The notes below the pieces were generated by a model, which ran no database searches, was not told the origin of the DNA, and saw only the letters and a program-made list of their open reading frames with translations. This document shows positions 17,044 to 27,197 of a stretch of DNA of 64,000 nt, in pieces (position 1 is the first letter of the stretch; the number at the start of each line of letters is the position of its first letter). Made by a program: the position numbers and the translations under genes. Location: positions 15,619 to 79,618 of the forward strand of contig JBCNNR010000018.1 in NCBI GenBank assembly GCA_039594295.1. Direction: 5' to 3'. The DNA comes from Bdellovibrio sp. (GTDB taxonomy: Bacteria > Bdellovibrionota > Bdellovibrionia > Bdellovibrionales > Bdellovibrionaceae).

Positions 17044-18411
17044 ATGAAAGTACTGAGCCGTGCCGTTCTGGATAATATTGAATTGGATTTTTGCCGTCGT
17101 AGTAAGGCGGCCGCGATCGGCTTTATGGTGGTATTTTCAATTCTGCTTATTAAGCCTGTTGCAACCACTCCCTCCTATTATGTTTGGCACCAATTGGCGG
17201 CGGGGATTGCGTTATTCTGCAGTACGATTCGTTTAATTTTAGGAATTAAAGTCAGTCGTGAAGGTTTAAAAGCCATGTACAAATGGTCGCGTTTGCATGG
17301 TGTGCTTATTGTTATAAGTTCGACTTGCCTGGGGATTCTTTGTGCGATGGGTTTTTGGGATCCGCAAAATCCGGATTCAAAAATTTTCGTCACGAGTTTC
17401 TTGGTCAGTGCCATTATGGCGGGGTCTGCGACTTCGCTGTCGTTAAGTCCGCGCATCTCGGCCTACTTCTTACTTTTGGTTGGAGTCATTCCGGGGTTGT
17501 TTTTGGCCTTTTCCAGTCATAACGGGGATCTTCCTTATGGCGTTTGGACGGTTTTTGTATTTACTTTCGTGGTCTATGTTTATGGAAACTCGCGGGAGTT
17601 CTATCAAACCATGGTGACACGCTATGAGACCGAAGAGGCCCTGAACGTAGAAAAACAGAATTTAACTCTCGCCATTCAGCAACTGGAAAATACTCAAGAT
17701 GAGTTGTTGAATCAAAAATCCCGTGCGGAATATTCGGCAAAACTTGCCTCACTGGGAGAGATGGCCGGTGGTATTGCCCACGAGATCAACACTCCGTTGA
17801 ATGTGATTTTGTTATCCGCAGAACAACAGATGGAGCTTTTGGACGATAAGCAATTAGATCGACAAACGATGAGGGCTTCGATTGAGAAAGTTCAATCCAC
17901 CACCAATCGTATCGCGACGATTGTACGTGGACTTCGTACGTTTGCTCGCGACGGGGCGAAGGATCCGATCGAAGCCATTCCCGTACAAACATTGATTGAT
18001 AATACGCTGTCGCTTTGCTACGAAAAATTCAAGCTCGCCAATGTTGATTTGCGCTTGCCTGCGCCCACGAAATTGGTTTTGCGTTGTCGTCCCGTGCAGA
18101 TTTCGCAAGTGATGCTGAATCTGTTGAATAACTCCTTTGAAGCGATTCGCGATCTGCCGCAAAAGTGGATTGCAATTGATGTCTCGGATCTGGGAGAGCA
18201 AATTGAAATCCGTATCACCGACAGCGGCTCTGGAATTGCTCCGGAAATTCAGGCCGAGATCTTTAGGCCGTTTTATACGACAAAGGAAATCGGCAAGGGG
18301 ACGGGGTTGGGCTTAAGTATTTCCCGTGGCCTGATCGAGGCTCATCACGGACAGCTTTATGTTGATACGGATCACCAACATACGTCATTTGTGATTCGTT
18401 TGCCAAAATAG
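17044..18411 (+). CDS. Membrane sensor histidine kinase (multi-TM input, HisKA + HATPase)
   Basis: About 5-6 hydrophobic segments; LASLGEMAGGIAHEINTPL H-box; N, D/G and F boxes; TTKEIGKGTGLGLSIS. Confidence 0.95.
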   Translation: MKVLSRAVLDNIELDFCRRSKAAAIGFMVVFSILLIKPVATTPSYYVWHQLAAGIALFCSTIRLILGIKVSREGLKAMYKWSRLHGVLIVISSTCLGILCAMGFWDPQNPDSKIFVTSFLVSAIMAGSATSLSLSPRISAYFLLLVGVIPGLFLAFSSHNGDLPYGVWTVFVFTFVVYVYGNSREFYQTMVTRYETEEALNVEKQNLTLAIQQLENTQDELLNQKSRAEYSAKLASLGEMAGGIAHEINTPLNVILLSAEQQMELLDDKQLDRQTMRASIEKVQSTTNRIATIVRGLRTFARDGAKDPIEAIPVQTLIDNTLSLCYEKFKLANVDLRLPAPTKLVLRCRPVQISQVMLNLLNNSFEAIRDLPQKWIAIDVSDLGEQIEIRITDSGSGIAPEIQAEIFRPFYTTKEIGKGTGLGLSISRGLIEAHHGQLYVDTDHQHTSFVIRLPK

Positions 18412-18428
18412 CGACATGAGAGCGGAGA

Positions 18429-18794
18429 CTATGCGGGAAGGGCTTGTTTGACCATTTGCAAAAGCTCGGCACGGTTGACCGGTTTTGGGATAAAACCCAC
18501 ACAGTGCGGATTTTTGCGTAATTCATCTTCGTCGCCGCCCACATAACCAGAAATGAACATCACCCGGGTTTCATCGTCGGGAATGTCACTGATGCGCTTT
18601 AAAAGCTCAAAGCCATCACAAACGGGCATACGAATGTCACTGATAACTAAATCGGGGTTCCAGGTTTGGACCTTTTGAAAGCCCACGCAGCCATCTTCGG
18701 CCAGTGCGACCTCATAGTTTTCACGAGTCAGGAAGTAAGAGATCAAATCACGTAGGTCTTTTTCGTCATCGACGATCAAAATCTTTCGTTTCAT
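18429..18794 (-). CDS. Single-domain response regulator (CheY-like receiver)
   Basis: ILIVDDE, DLVISDIRMP, ISGY, KP motifs; AAGGAG RBS before ATG 18794. Confidence 0.93.
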   Translation of the reverse strand: MKRKILIVDDEKDLRDLISYFLTRENYEVALAEDGCVGFQKVQTWNPDLVISDIRMPVCDGFELLKRISDIPDDETRVMFISGYVGGDEDELRKNPHCVGFIPKPVNRAELLQMVKQALPA

Positions 18795-18957
18795 GATCCA
18801 CTCCTTTCCCCACGGTATATTCAAGGATTAGATGCTTGTCCAGTTAAGAGCCTGAGAGCGAACGCAACATTGTGTGGATGTAACATAAGGATGGGAGTAC
18901 CCCAGAGGTCTAGGCTAGCGTTGACTGTATGTGATCTGAAAGTCACAGTGATTGCAT

Positions 18958-19389
18958 ATGGCAAAAGCATCAACTACAGAAGTTTTCAACTGCACACCTG
19001 AACAATTTTTTAAAATCATCTCTGACTATGAAAAATACCATGAGTTTTTAGCAGAGGTTAAACAATGCAAAGTCCTTAAAACAGAAGGAAATCGTAAGCT
19101 CGTTGAATACAACGTAGCGGTCGTTAAAACCTTCAAATACGCATTGTGGATGACTGAAACACCTTCAACCGGCATCACGTGGGAGTTTGCTTCCGGTGAT
19201 ATGTTTAAAACCTCTGTGGGCTCTTGGAAGCTTCAGGATGAGGCTGGTAAAACCCGCGCCACTTATTCCGTTGAAGCCACTTTTAACATGTTTGTTCCAG
19301 GTCCTATTGCCAATGCATTGGTCAGTGTGAACTTGCCCAACATGATGAGCTCATACCACAAACGAGTGAAGCAGCTATATGGCGTCTGA
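18958..19389 (+). CDS. SRPBCC/START-fold protein (RatA/Coq10/polyketide cyclase family)
   Basis: F.II.DYEKY.EFL..VK.C.V...; GSWKL; T.ATY.V pattern. Confidence 0.8.
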   Translation: MAKASTTEVFNCTPEQFFKIISDYEKYHEFLAEVKQCKVLKTEGNRKLVEYNVAVVKTFKYALWMTETPSTGITWEFASGDMFKTSVGSWKLQDEAGKTRATYSVEATFNMFVPGPIANALVSVNLPNMMSSYHKRVKQLYGV

Positions 19390-19738
19390 TTCCGGCTCTA
19401 AGAAAGATGAAAAAGAAACCCCGACGGACATCAAAGGTCTTTTGGGAGACACCGTAAAGAAAGTATTTACGGCGGGTGTTTCTGCAGCTTTTATGAGTGA
19501 AGAAGGCCTGAAGTCTTATCTTTCCGAGCTCAAGCTTCCTAAAGAAGCGTTGAACTTGTTAATTCAGGGTGCGAATAAATCCAAAGACGAAATCACTCAG
19601 CGCGTGACCAAAGAAGTTGTCGGCATTATTCAAAAGATCGACTTCGTGAAAGAGTTTTCTAAGTTTGCCGAGACTCATAAATTCAAAATCACCGCGGAAA
19701 TCGACATCATAAAAAAAGACACTCACAAAGAATCTTAA
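19379..19738 (+). CDS. Conserved hypothetical protein, phasin-like helical pattern
   Basis: VKKVFTAGVSAAFMSEEGLKSYLSEL resembles the KK..LAG.GA....E motif of PHA granule-associated proteins; overlaps the upstream gene. Confidence 0.5.
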   Translation: MASDSGSKKDEKETPTDIKGLLGDTVKKVFTAGVSAAFMSEEGLKSYLSELKLPKEALNLLIQGANKSKDEITQRVTKEVVGIIQKIDFVKEFSKFAETHKFKITAEIDIIKKDTHKES

Positions 19739-19767
19739 TATTATAGCTTACTGGACTGTTGTCCGTC

Positions 19768-19794
19768 TCAAGTTGAGATAACTTCGACCGATAA
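19768..19794 (+). promoter_or_regulatory. Sigma28 (FliA)-type promoter
   Basis: TCAAG-N14-ACCGATAA immediately upstream of the 19802 gene; overlaps a TCTCA-AGT-TGAGA palindrome. Confidence 0.6.
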
Positions 19795-19801
19795 GTTTGT
19801 C

Positions 19802-20035
19802 ATGATGGAAACGGAAATCCTGACATTTTTATCGGTTGTGCTATTTTGTTTTTGTTGCCGCCAGTTGATTCATTCAGTGGTTGCACCCATTCCAATATTC
19901 GCCAATCAAAGGCCTTATGCACACAGAGCCATGCAGCTTGGCAAGGGCTATAAAATCATGGCGTGGGCGTTGATGACTTCCGTGTTTTTAGTCGGCACGG
20001 CTGTGTCATTTTATCAAGTGTTTACAACTCTCTAA
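19802..20035 (+). CDS. Small two-TM membrane protein
   Basis: 77 aa with two hydrophobic segments. Confidence 0.55.
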   Translation: MMETEILTFLSVVLFCFCCRQLIHSVVAPIPIFANQRPYAHRAMQLGKGYKIMAWALMTSVFLVGTAVSFYQVFTTL

Positions 20036-20086
20036 ACGTTGTGTTGAACTATCCTAGTCGGTTCCTGATCGATTGGGAGGTTTTCT

Positions 20087-21436
20087 ATGGCGTCTTTTTT
20101 TACAGTCAATCCTGCTACAGGTGAACAACTCAAAAAATTCGATCACGTCACTTGGGAACAAGCCGAGCTGATGATTCTGGATGCGAAAAAAGATTTTGAA
20201 AAATGGCGTAAAGCCTCTTTCGCAGAGCGCTCGAAAGTCCTTAATAATTTGGCGGCAAGTCTTCGTAAATACAGCGATGATCTCGCTTTGCAGATGAATT
20301 TGGAAATGGGAAAACTCATTCCTGAAGGAAAAGCGGAAGTTGAGAAATGTGCGGTCACTTGTGAATTTTACGCCAAAGAAGCGGCCAGCATGTTAGCCAA
20401 TCAAAAAAGTGCCTCCCCCTATAAAGATGCCGAGGTGAGCTTTCTGCCCTTGGGTGTGGTTTTTAGTGTGATGCCCTGGAATTTTCCATTGTGGCAAGTG
20501 ATTCGCTTCGCAGCACCCGCCTTGATGGCCGGAAATGTGATCATTCTTAAACACGCTGATTTAACCGCGGGTGTGGCTGAAAAAATTGGGAAAATATTTA
20601 AGGATCTGACGTCTGATTTCACGTTGCTGCGCAATTGTCAGGTCGATCACACGGTGGCCGAGAAAATTATTGCTCATCCCATTGTTCGGGGTGTGACATT
20701 TACCGGAAGCACGGAAGGCGGTCGGTCCGTTGCCACCACAGCGGCCAAGAATTTGAAAAAGATCGTGTTGGAACTTGGTGGCAGTGATGCTTACATCGTT
20801 TTGGAAGATGCGGATATTTTTAAGGCGGCCAAGGCCTGCGCAAAAACTCGATTGCAGAATTGCGGGCAAAGCTGCGTCGCGGGCAAACGTTTTATCGTCG
20901 TGGAAAAAGTTCTGCCGGAATTTCTCAATGCCATGGAGCATGAGATGAAAATTCTTCCTCTGGCTCCTTTGGCCAGTAAGCGATTCCAGGACACAATCAT
21001 CACCCAGGTGGAAAAATTGAAAAACTGGGGAGGCAAAGTGGTCTTTGGTGGGACGGCTCCGCAGGGACCAGCGGCCTTCTATCCAGCTTCGATGGTTTTA
21101 TTTGAGAAAAACAATGCTGATGTTCATCACGAAGAAGTCTTTGGCCCTGTCGCTTTGGTTTTCGTGGCAAAGGATGCTAGCGAAGCGATGCAAATTGCCA
21201 ATTCGTCTCCGTATGGATTGGGTGGAGGCATTTTCACTCGCGATTTGCAAAAGGGTAAAGAGCTTGTCGAAAAGGAAATGGAAGCGGGCTTTGTGGTGGT
21301 GAACGATTTTGTAAAATCAGATCCGCGTGTGCCCTTCGGTGGTGTGAAAGAATCAGGTTATGGTCGTGAATTGGGTCATTTTGGAATTATGGAATTTGTG
21401 AATATTAAAACCGTCGGCGTGGGAGCAGTGGAGTGA
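20087..21436 (+). CDS. NAD(P)-dependent succinate-semialdehyde dehydrogenase (Sad/GabD-like aldehyde dehydrogenase)
   Basis: VMPWNFPLWQV.RF.APAL, FTGS, ELGGSDA, QNCGQSC.A, EE.FGPV, PFGGVKESGYGRELG. Confidence 0.92.
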   Translation: MASFFTVNPATGEQLKKFDHVTWEQAELMILDAKKDFEKWRKASFAERSKVLNNLAASLRKYSDDLALQMNLEMGKLIPEGKAEVEKCAVTCEFYAKEAASMLANQKSASPYKDAEVSFLPLGVVFSVMPWNFPLWQVIRFAAPALMAGNVIILKHADLTAGVAEKIGKIFKDLTSDFTLLRNCQVDHTVAEKIIAHPIVRGVTFTGSTEGGRSVATTAAKNLKKIVLELGGSDAYIVLEDADIFKAAKACAKTRLQNCGQSCVAGKRFIVVEKVLPEFLNAMEHEMKILPLAPLASKRFQDTIITQVEKLKNWGGKVVFGGTAPQGPAAFYPASMVLFEKNNADVHHEEVFGPVALVFVAKDASEAMQIANSSPYGLGGGIFTRDLQKGKELVEKEMEAGFVVVNDFVKSDPRVPFGGVKESGYGRELGHFGIMEFVNIKTVGVGAVE

Positions 21437-22413
21437 AGAGAGTGACGGGAAGTCCGCGTCCCAAGCAGGATCTGGATCATCAAGTATGGAAATTGGTCAA
21501 AAAATTTGATTTGCAGGATAAGAAAATTCTGGTGGCTTTATCGGGTGGTGCGGACTCGGTTGCGACCTTGGCAGTGCTTGCAAAAATCATCAATCCTGAA
21601 AATCTGGGAGCTTGTTATTTTCATCACGGCGAAGATAAAAATCAGGAGTATCGCAAAGAGGCTCAGGTCTTTTGTGAAAAACTTTGTAAGAAGTTGAACG
21701 TCGAATTCTTTGTTTTGAAATCAAAGTCCCTGGCGAAATCCGAAGCGCAATATCGCGAGCAGCGCTATGAGGCCCTGGCACGACTGCAAAAAACGGAAGG
21801 CTTTGAGGTTTTGGCGACGGGACATCATGCGGATGACCTTTTGGAGACTCGTTTGATGCGTATTGTGCGCGGAACGGGGGCGCAAGGTTTGGTGGCTATG
21901 TCGTATTACAGCGGGGGTGTGTTTCGTCCTTTTTTGGAAACTCCTAAATCGGAACTTCGTAAATATCTGCGCGCTGAAAAACTACGCGCATTTGAGGATC
22001 CGTCAAATGCGCTCCTGGACCCGTTTAGAAATTGGGTTCGTGAAGACTGGCTTAAGTCCCTGGAGAAGCGCCAAAAGGGAGCTGTGAACAGTCTAGCTCG
22101 TTCTCTTGAGACACTGGCTCAAGAACTTCATTCTTTGGAGCACAAACCAGGAACTGATTTGCTGAGTCAAAATGAGGCTAATAAACCACAGGGTGTCTTA
22201 GGCTTGTCTCGTGCGTATTACCTCACATTAACTCCTTTTGAGCAGCGTCGTTTGCTGGCGCAGTATTTATTTTCCCTCGGAAAACGGGATTTTTCTCAAT
22301 CTCAGCTCGAAGAAATCCAAAAGCGCCTGGACAAACCGCAAAAAGTGATCAGCTTTAAGGTTAGTGGTTGTGATTGGGAAATTAACGCACAGCAAATCAA
22401 GGTCGAGTCTTGA
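21433..22413 (+). CDS. tilS: tRNA(Ile)-lysidine synthetase, short form
   Basis: VALSGGADS PP-loop, ATGHH.DD..ET, RPFL, EDPSN; directly upstream of ftsH. Confidence 0.92.
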   Translation: MKRVTGSPRPKQDLDHQVWKLVKKFDLQDKKILVALSGGADSVATLAVLAKIINPENLGACYFHHGEDKNQEYRKEAQVFCEKLCKKLNVEFFVLKSKSLAKSEAQYREQRYEALARLQKTEGFEVLATGHHADDLLETRLMRIVRGTGAQGLVAMSYYSGGVFRPFLETPKSELRKYLRAEKLRAFEDPSNALLDPFRNWVREDWLKSLEKRQKGAVNSLARSLETLAQELHSLEHKPGTDLLSQNEANKPQGVLGLSRAYYLTLTPFEQRRLLAQYLFSLGKRDFSQSQLEEIQKRLDKPQKVISFKVSGCDWEINAQQIKVES

Positions 22414-22553
22414 TTTGAGTCCAGTTTGCCCGCCCTTTAAGCGGAGGCATTCCCTCTCGAGAAAACTGCGTAAAGTTGCTTTAATTAGCTCCAGGCTTCT
22501 GTTAGTCTAAGATGGTTCTATCTGGATGAGAGAAGTGAGCGAAAGGAATCGAA

Positions 22554-24509
22554 ATGCGATCTACACAGAAAACACTCGCCTTATGGTTTTTCCTAATCAT
22601 CATGGCTGTATTTTTGTTTCAAGCCTACGAGAGCAAGCACCAAAGACTGATTGGTGAATTCAATTACTCTAAATTCACAGAAGCGGTAAAAGCTAAAGAA
22701 GTGGCTTCCGTAACTTTCCGTCAAGAGACAAGTGAAATCATCGGTGAGATGAAGCCTGACTATGAAAAGAAGTACAACGGCACGCATTTCCAAATCGTGG
22801 GTAATACCCAAGATGAGGGTTTCAAATTCTTGGAGGCGAATGGTATCACGCCGAATTACGAGCGCGCTGACAATGGCGGCTTCTTCCAGTCGTTGATTGT
22901 GAACTGGTTGCCATTGATTTTGATCGTGGCGATGTTCCTGTTTATTATGCGTCAGATTCAGGTCGGCGGTGGTAAGGCGATGTCCTTCGGTAAATCCCGT
23001 GCGCGTCTTTTAACTGAGCACAAAAATCGTGTGACGTTCAAAGAAGTCGCTGGTGTTGATGAAGCTAAAGATGACCTTCAAGAGATCGTAAGCTTCCTGA
23101 AAGATCCTAAGAAATATACAAAACTGGGTGGCCGTATTCCAAAAGGTGTTCTTTTGGTGGGTTCTCCAGGTACGGGTAAAACATTGCTTGCACGTGCGGT
23201 GGCAGGTGAAGCAGGTGTTCCATTCTTCACTATCTCGGGTTCTGACTTCGTTGAGATGTTCGTGGGTGTGGGTGCTTCCCGTGTTCGTGATTTGTTTGAA
23301 CAAGGTAAAAAGAATGCTCCTTGCTTGATCTTTATCGACGAGATCGATGCCGTAGGTCGCCATCGTGGTGCCGGCATGGGTGGTGGTCATGACGAGCGTG
23401 AGCAAACTCTGAATCAGCTTTTGGTTGAGATGGATGGTTTCGAATCCTCTGAAGGTGTGATCATGATCGCAGCGACGAATCGTCCTGACGTTCTGGATCC
23501 AGCACTTCTTCGTCCAGGTCGTTTCGACCGTCGCGTGGTGGTGAATAAACCTGACCTTAAGGGTCGTGAGCAAATCTTGGCTGTTCACACGCGTAAGACG
23601 CCGCTTGGTCCTGACGTGGATACTTCTAAAATCGCTCGTGGGACTCCGGGGTTCTCGGGAGCAGACCTTGAGAACCTTGTGAACGAAGCGGCCTTGGTGG
23701 CAGCTCGTACAGACAAAAAGTATCTTGAGATGGAAGACTTTGAAAAAGCGAAAGACAAAGTGATCATGGGTTCTGAAAGAAAATCCATGGTGATTTCTGA
23801 AGAAGATAAAAAAGTGACGGCGTACCATGAGGCAGGTCACACGCTTGTGAATAAAAAACTTGCAGGCTTGGATCCTATCCATAAAGTGACGATCATTCCT
23901 CGCGGCATGGCTTTGGGTGTAACGCAAACTCTTCCAGAAAAAGAATCCGTGTCTTTGTCGAAATCAACGGCTGAAAACATGATTGCCTTCTTGTTTGGTG
24001 GTCGTGCCGCTGAAGAAGTGATCTTTAAAGATGTGACGACAGGCGCTGGTAACGATATCGAGCGCGCAACTTCCATCGCTCGCCGTATGGTTTGCGAGTG
24101 GGGGATGTCGAAACTGGGTCCTTTGGCATTTGAGAAATCAGGTGGCGAAGTGTTCTTGGGTATGCAATACGGTCATCAAGGCCACAAAGAATACTCTGAG
24201 GCGAAAGCGGAAGAGATCGATGCGGAAGTTTCTAAAATCATCAACACAGGATATGCAACGGCGGTTAAGATCCTGACTGAGAACAAGCAAGCTCTTGAGT
24301 CATTGACTCAGGCTCTTCTTGAGTATGAAACGATTGATGGTCATGAAGTGGATATGATGATCAACGGCGCTGCGGTTTCTGAAATTGAAAAATACAGAAA
24401 CAACCGTCGTGATACAAACCTGGCTCTGGCGGAAGCAAAAGGGCTTGGTAAGAAAGATGATTCCTCTGGATCAGATCCAGTTGGAAACACCGGACCCGTT
24501 ACTATCTAA
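22554..24509 (+). CDS. ftsH: ATP-dependent zinc metalloprotease FtsH
   Basis: Two TM helices, GSPGTGKT Walker [10 protein letters not shown] Walker B, SRH ([10 protein letters not shown]), HEAGH zinc motif. Confidence 0.98.
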   Translation: MRSTQKTLALWFFLIIMAVFLFQAYESKHQRLIGEFNYSKFTEAVKAKEVASVTFRQETSEIIGEMKPDYEKKYNGTHFQIVGNTQDEGFKFLEANGITPNYERADNGGFFQSLIVNWLPLILIVAMFLFIMRQIQVGGGKAMSFGKSRARLLTEHKNRVTFKEVAGVDEAKDDLQEIVSFLKDPKKYTKLGGRIPKGVLLVGSPGTGKTLLARAVAGEAGVPFFTISGSDFVEMFVGVGASRVRDLFEQGKKNAPCLIFIDEIDAVGRHRGAGMGGGHDEREQTLNQLLVEMDGFESSEGVIMIAATNRPDVLDPALLRPGRFDRRVVVNKPDLKGREQILAVHTRKTPLGPDVDTSKIARGTPGFSGADLENLVNEAALVAARTDKKYLEMEDFEKAKDKVIMGSERKSMVISEEDKKVTAYHEAGHTLVNKKLAGLDPIHKVTIIPRGMALGVTQTLPEKESVSLSKSTAENMIAFLFGGRAAEEVIFKDVTTGAGNDIERATSIARRMVCEWGMSKLGPLAFEKSGGEVFLGMQYGHQGHKEYSEAKAEEIDAEVSKIINTGYATAVKILTENKQALESLTQALLEYETIDGHEVDMMINGAAVSEIEKYRNNRRDTNLALAEAKGLGKKDDSSGSDPVGNTGPVTI

Positions 24510-24521
24510 ATTGAATTATGG

Positions 24522-24548
24522 AAGCTCCGGGGAAACTCGGAGCTTTTT
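24522..24548 (+). terminator. Intrinsic terminator after ftsH
   Basis: AAGCTCCG-GGGAAACT-CGGAGCTT-TTT. Confidence 0.7.
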
Positions 24549-24587
24549 GTGCTTTAACCCCATTACTTTTTTTGATTGGGCATCTTG

Positions 24588-25400
24588 ATGTTGCAGCAGT
24601 TTTTAGACAACCTCATCTTTATCGTTCAGCACTTGCGTGTTCAAGATGCGATCGACATGATTCTGGTTTGGATGGTTGTGTATCGTATCCTGGTTCTGAT
24701 TAAAAGAACGGGAACGATTCAAATGCTCTCCGGTCTTGGAGTGTTGGCCATCGGCTACATTTTGAGTATCTGGCTGGAGCTCTTCACCTTCAACTGGATC
24801 CTGGAAAAATTCTTCTCTAATTTGTTCGTGATTGTGGTCGTCCTGTTCCAGGCCGAGATTCGCCGAGCCCTGGCTCATATCGGATCCAACCCATTCTTTA
24901 CAGATGCCTCTACAATCCAAGAAACGCAGGTTATCGAGGAGATTGCTAAAGGTATCATCCTGACCGCGCAAAAGGGCTTTGGCGCGCTTGTGGTGGTGGA
25001 GCGTGAAATCGTGATCGATTATCACATTGAATTCGGTACTGAGATGGAATCGAAAGTTTCAGCCGAATTGCTCGCTTCCATTTTCCATCCGGAAAGCCCG
25101 ATGCATGATGGAGCTGTGTTAATCCGCAACGGTCGAATTCATTCGGCGGGTTGTTTCCTGCCACTTTCTAAAAACCCCGCTCTGGATAAAAACTTGGGAA
25201 CACGTCACCGGGCTGCGATTGGTTTAACCGAAGAAACAGATGCCCTGGTTTTTGTGGTTTCTGAGGAAAACAAATCCATTGGGATCGTTCAAGGTGGTCA
25301 TTTAAGTCCTAACGTGGAGTTGGGTGATATTCGTAAGGCCTTGTATGAGACGTTTGGTCTTAAATATAAAGCTTTCTCACAGCAGGGGGATCTGTCATGA
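24588..25400 (+). CDS. cdaA: Diadenylate cyclase CdaA (DacA), 3 TM + DisA_N domain
   Basis: N-terminal TM helices, FQ.EIRR.L, HDGA and GTRHRAA catalytic motifs, SEE. Confidence 0.95.
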   Translation: MLQQFLDNLIFIVQHLRVQDAIDMILVWMVVYRILVLIKRTGTIQMLSGLGVLAIGYILSIWLELFTFNWILEKFFSNLFVIVVVLFQAEIRRALAHIGSNPFFTDASTIQETQVIEEIAKGIILTAQKGFGALVVVEREIVIDYHIEFGTEMESKVSAELLASIFHPESPMHDGAVLIRNGRIHSAGCFLPLSKNPALDKNLGTRHRAAIGLTEETDALVFVVSEENKSIGIVQGGHLSPNVELGDIRKALYETFGLKYKAFSQQGDLS

Positions 25401-25819
25401 GACGCCGTTGGTCTGATGCTGTGACTGAAAATTTTAGTTACAAAGTTGTAGCCTTGTTTATTTCTCTGATTCTGTGGTTGACCATTTTGGGTCGTCGCGA
25501 TTTTGTTTTAAGCAAAAACGTGGAAGTCGACCTGGTGACAGCTCCGGGAACCCATGTTGTGGCGCAGACAACTGACCACATCAAGGTAAAGGTTTCAGGG
25601 CCAAGAGCCGCTTTGAAGAAGTTTATGGAAAGCTCTTTGTCACAGAATATCAATCTTGATATCTCTCAAAAAGGCGAAGGCGTTGTCTATGTCGATATTC
25701 CATTGAATAAGATCGAGGTGCCACTCGGGGTGAAAATCCTGGGAGTGCGCCCGAATCAGATTCAGGTTGAAGTAGTGAAAATCAAAGGCGACGGAAATGA
25801 CGAACAAAAAGGTCACTAA
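25397..25819 (+). CDS. cdaR: CdaR/YbbR-like regulator (single YbbR domain)
   Basis: N..YKVVAL.I.L.LW anchor, V.V.V.GP..L, P.GV..L...P..I.V pattern; lies between cdaA and glmM. Confidence 0.85.
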   Translation: MRRRWSDAVTENFSYKVVALFISLILWLTILGRRDFVLSKNVEVDLVTAPGTHVVAQTTDHIKVKVSGPRAALKKFMESSLSQNINLDISQKGEGVVYVDIPLNKIEVPLGVKILGVRPNQIQVEVVKIKGDGNDEQKGH

Positions 25820-27197
25820 AGTGGAAAAGAAAGCAGCCAAACTTTTTGGCACAGATGGCATCCGTGGGACTGCCAATCAGTATCCTATGACTCCGGATAT
25901 GGTCGTTAAAATCGGTCAGGCGATCGGTTATATTTTGCAAAAACAAAAATACAATGCCCACCCCTCACTTCGTAAAGTGGTGATCGGGAAAGACACGCGT
26001 CTTTCCGGTTACATGATTGAACAAGCTCTGGCGAGTGGTCTTAACTCCATGGGTGTGGCGGTGCAATTAGTCGGTCCACTTCCAACTCCTGGTATCGGTT
26101 ATCTGACTCGCACCATGCGTGCCGTAGCGGGTATCGTGATTTCCGCTTCTCACAATCCTTTCCACGATAACGGGATTAAAGTTTTCGGTGCGGATGGTTT
26201 TAAAATTTCGGAAGAGATGGAGCGTGAAATCGAGCGTCTGGTTCTGGAAGAAGACCTGACAGCTCTGTTGCCGCCAAGTAAAGACATCGGTCGCACTCGT
26301 CGAATCGACGACTCTCAAGGTCGTTATATTGTTTATGTGAAATCAACTTTCCCCTTGGAATACACTTTGGACGGAATGCGTATCGTCCTCGATACAGCGA
26401 ATGGGGCGGCTTACAAAGTGGCTCCTTCAATTTTCCAAGAACTAGGTGCCGAAGTGATTCAATTGGGTGATGATCCCAATGGCACAAACATCAATGACAA
26501 AGTGGGGGCGTTGTATCCTGCGAAACTTGCGGAGGCTGTGGTTCAATACCGCGCGGATGTGGGTATCAGTCTTGATGGTGACGCGGACCGTGTGATCATG
26601 GTCGATGAAAAAGGTCAGATCGTAAATGGTGACAGAATTCTTGCGATCAGCGCTTTGAATATGAAAGAGCGTGGACTTCTTAAAAACAACACGTTGGTAG
26701 CGACACAAATGTCGAACTTCGGTCTTGAGAAAGCCATGAACGACGCCGGTATCAAGGTTGTTAAAGTTGGCGTGGGTGATAAATACGTGGTCGAAGAGAT
26801 GCGTAAAAATGGTTACAACCTGGGTGGTGAACAATCGGGTCATATCATTTTCCTGGATCACACCACAACAGGTGATGGTTGTATCGCGGCACTTGGTGTG
26901 TTGGCCGTGATGAAACAAACCAATAAGAAAATGAGCGAACTTGCGCGTGTGTTTGAAGACATGCCTCAAGTGTTGATCAATCTTCGTGTGAAGCGCCGTA
27001 TGGAACTTGAAGAGATCAAAGGCTATCATGATCTGATCACCCACATCGAAAAGAAACTGGCTGGCAACGGTCGTGTCTTTGTTCGCTTCTCTGGAACTGA
27101 GCCGGTGATCCGCGTTTTGGTTGAAGGTAAAGATAAATCCGAAATCTCTCAATACGCTGACGAGATTGCAGCATTCCTCGAGAAAGAACTAAGTTAA
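25797..27197 (+). CDS. glmM: Phosphoglucosamine mutase
   Basis: LFGTDGIRG, GKDTRLSGYM, VISASHNP, DGDADR, GGEQSGH, TTGDG, R.SGTEP. Confidence 0.97.
   Translation: MTNKKVTKVEKKAAKLFGTDGIRGTANQYPMTPDMVVKIGQAIGYILQKQKYNAHPSLRKVVIGKDTRLSGYMIEQALASGLNSMGVAVQLVGPLPTPGIGYLTRTMRAVAGIVISASHNPFHDNGIKVFGADGFKISEEMEREIERLVLEEDLTALLPPSKDIGRTRRIDDSQGRYIVYVKSTFPLEYTLDGMRIVLDTANGAAYKVAPSIFQELGAEVIQLGDDPNGTNINDKVGALYPAKLAEAVVQYRADVGISLDGDADRVIMVDEKGQIVNGDRILAISALNMKERGLLKNNTLVATQMSNFGLEKAMNDAGIKVVKVGVGDKYVVEEMRKNGYNLGGEQSGHIIFLDHTTTGDGCIAALGVLAVMKQTNKKMSELARVFEDMPQVLINLRVKRRMELEEIKGYHDLITHIEKKLAGNGRVFVRFSGTEPVIRVLVEGKDKSEISQYADEIAAFLEKELS

Noticed and set aside
18933-18950. CRP/FNR-like TGTGA...TCACA box upstream of the SRPBCC gene
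   Set aside because: The spacer is 8 nt rather than the canonical 6, and it is a single occurrence.
21433-22413. Short TilS as a possible pseudogene
   Set aside because: Catalytic motifs are intact, the ORF is uninterrupted, and TilS forms lacking the C-terminal domains are known.
23010-23927. Long antisense ORFs (also 26442-27152, 38258-38875, 38928-39797, 36457-37002 and similar)
   Set aside because: They lie opposite well-conserved genes (ftsH, glmM, era, der, mtaB), lack RBS or motifs, and are the expected shadow of biased codon usage.
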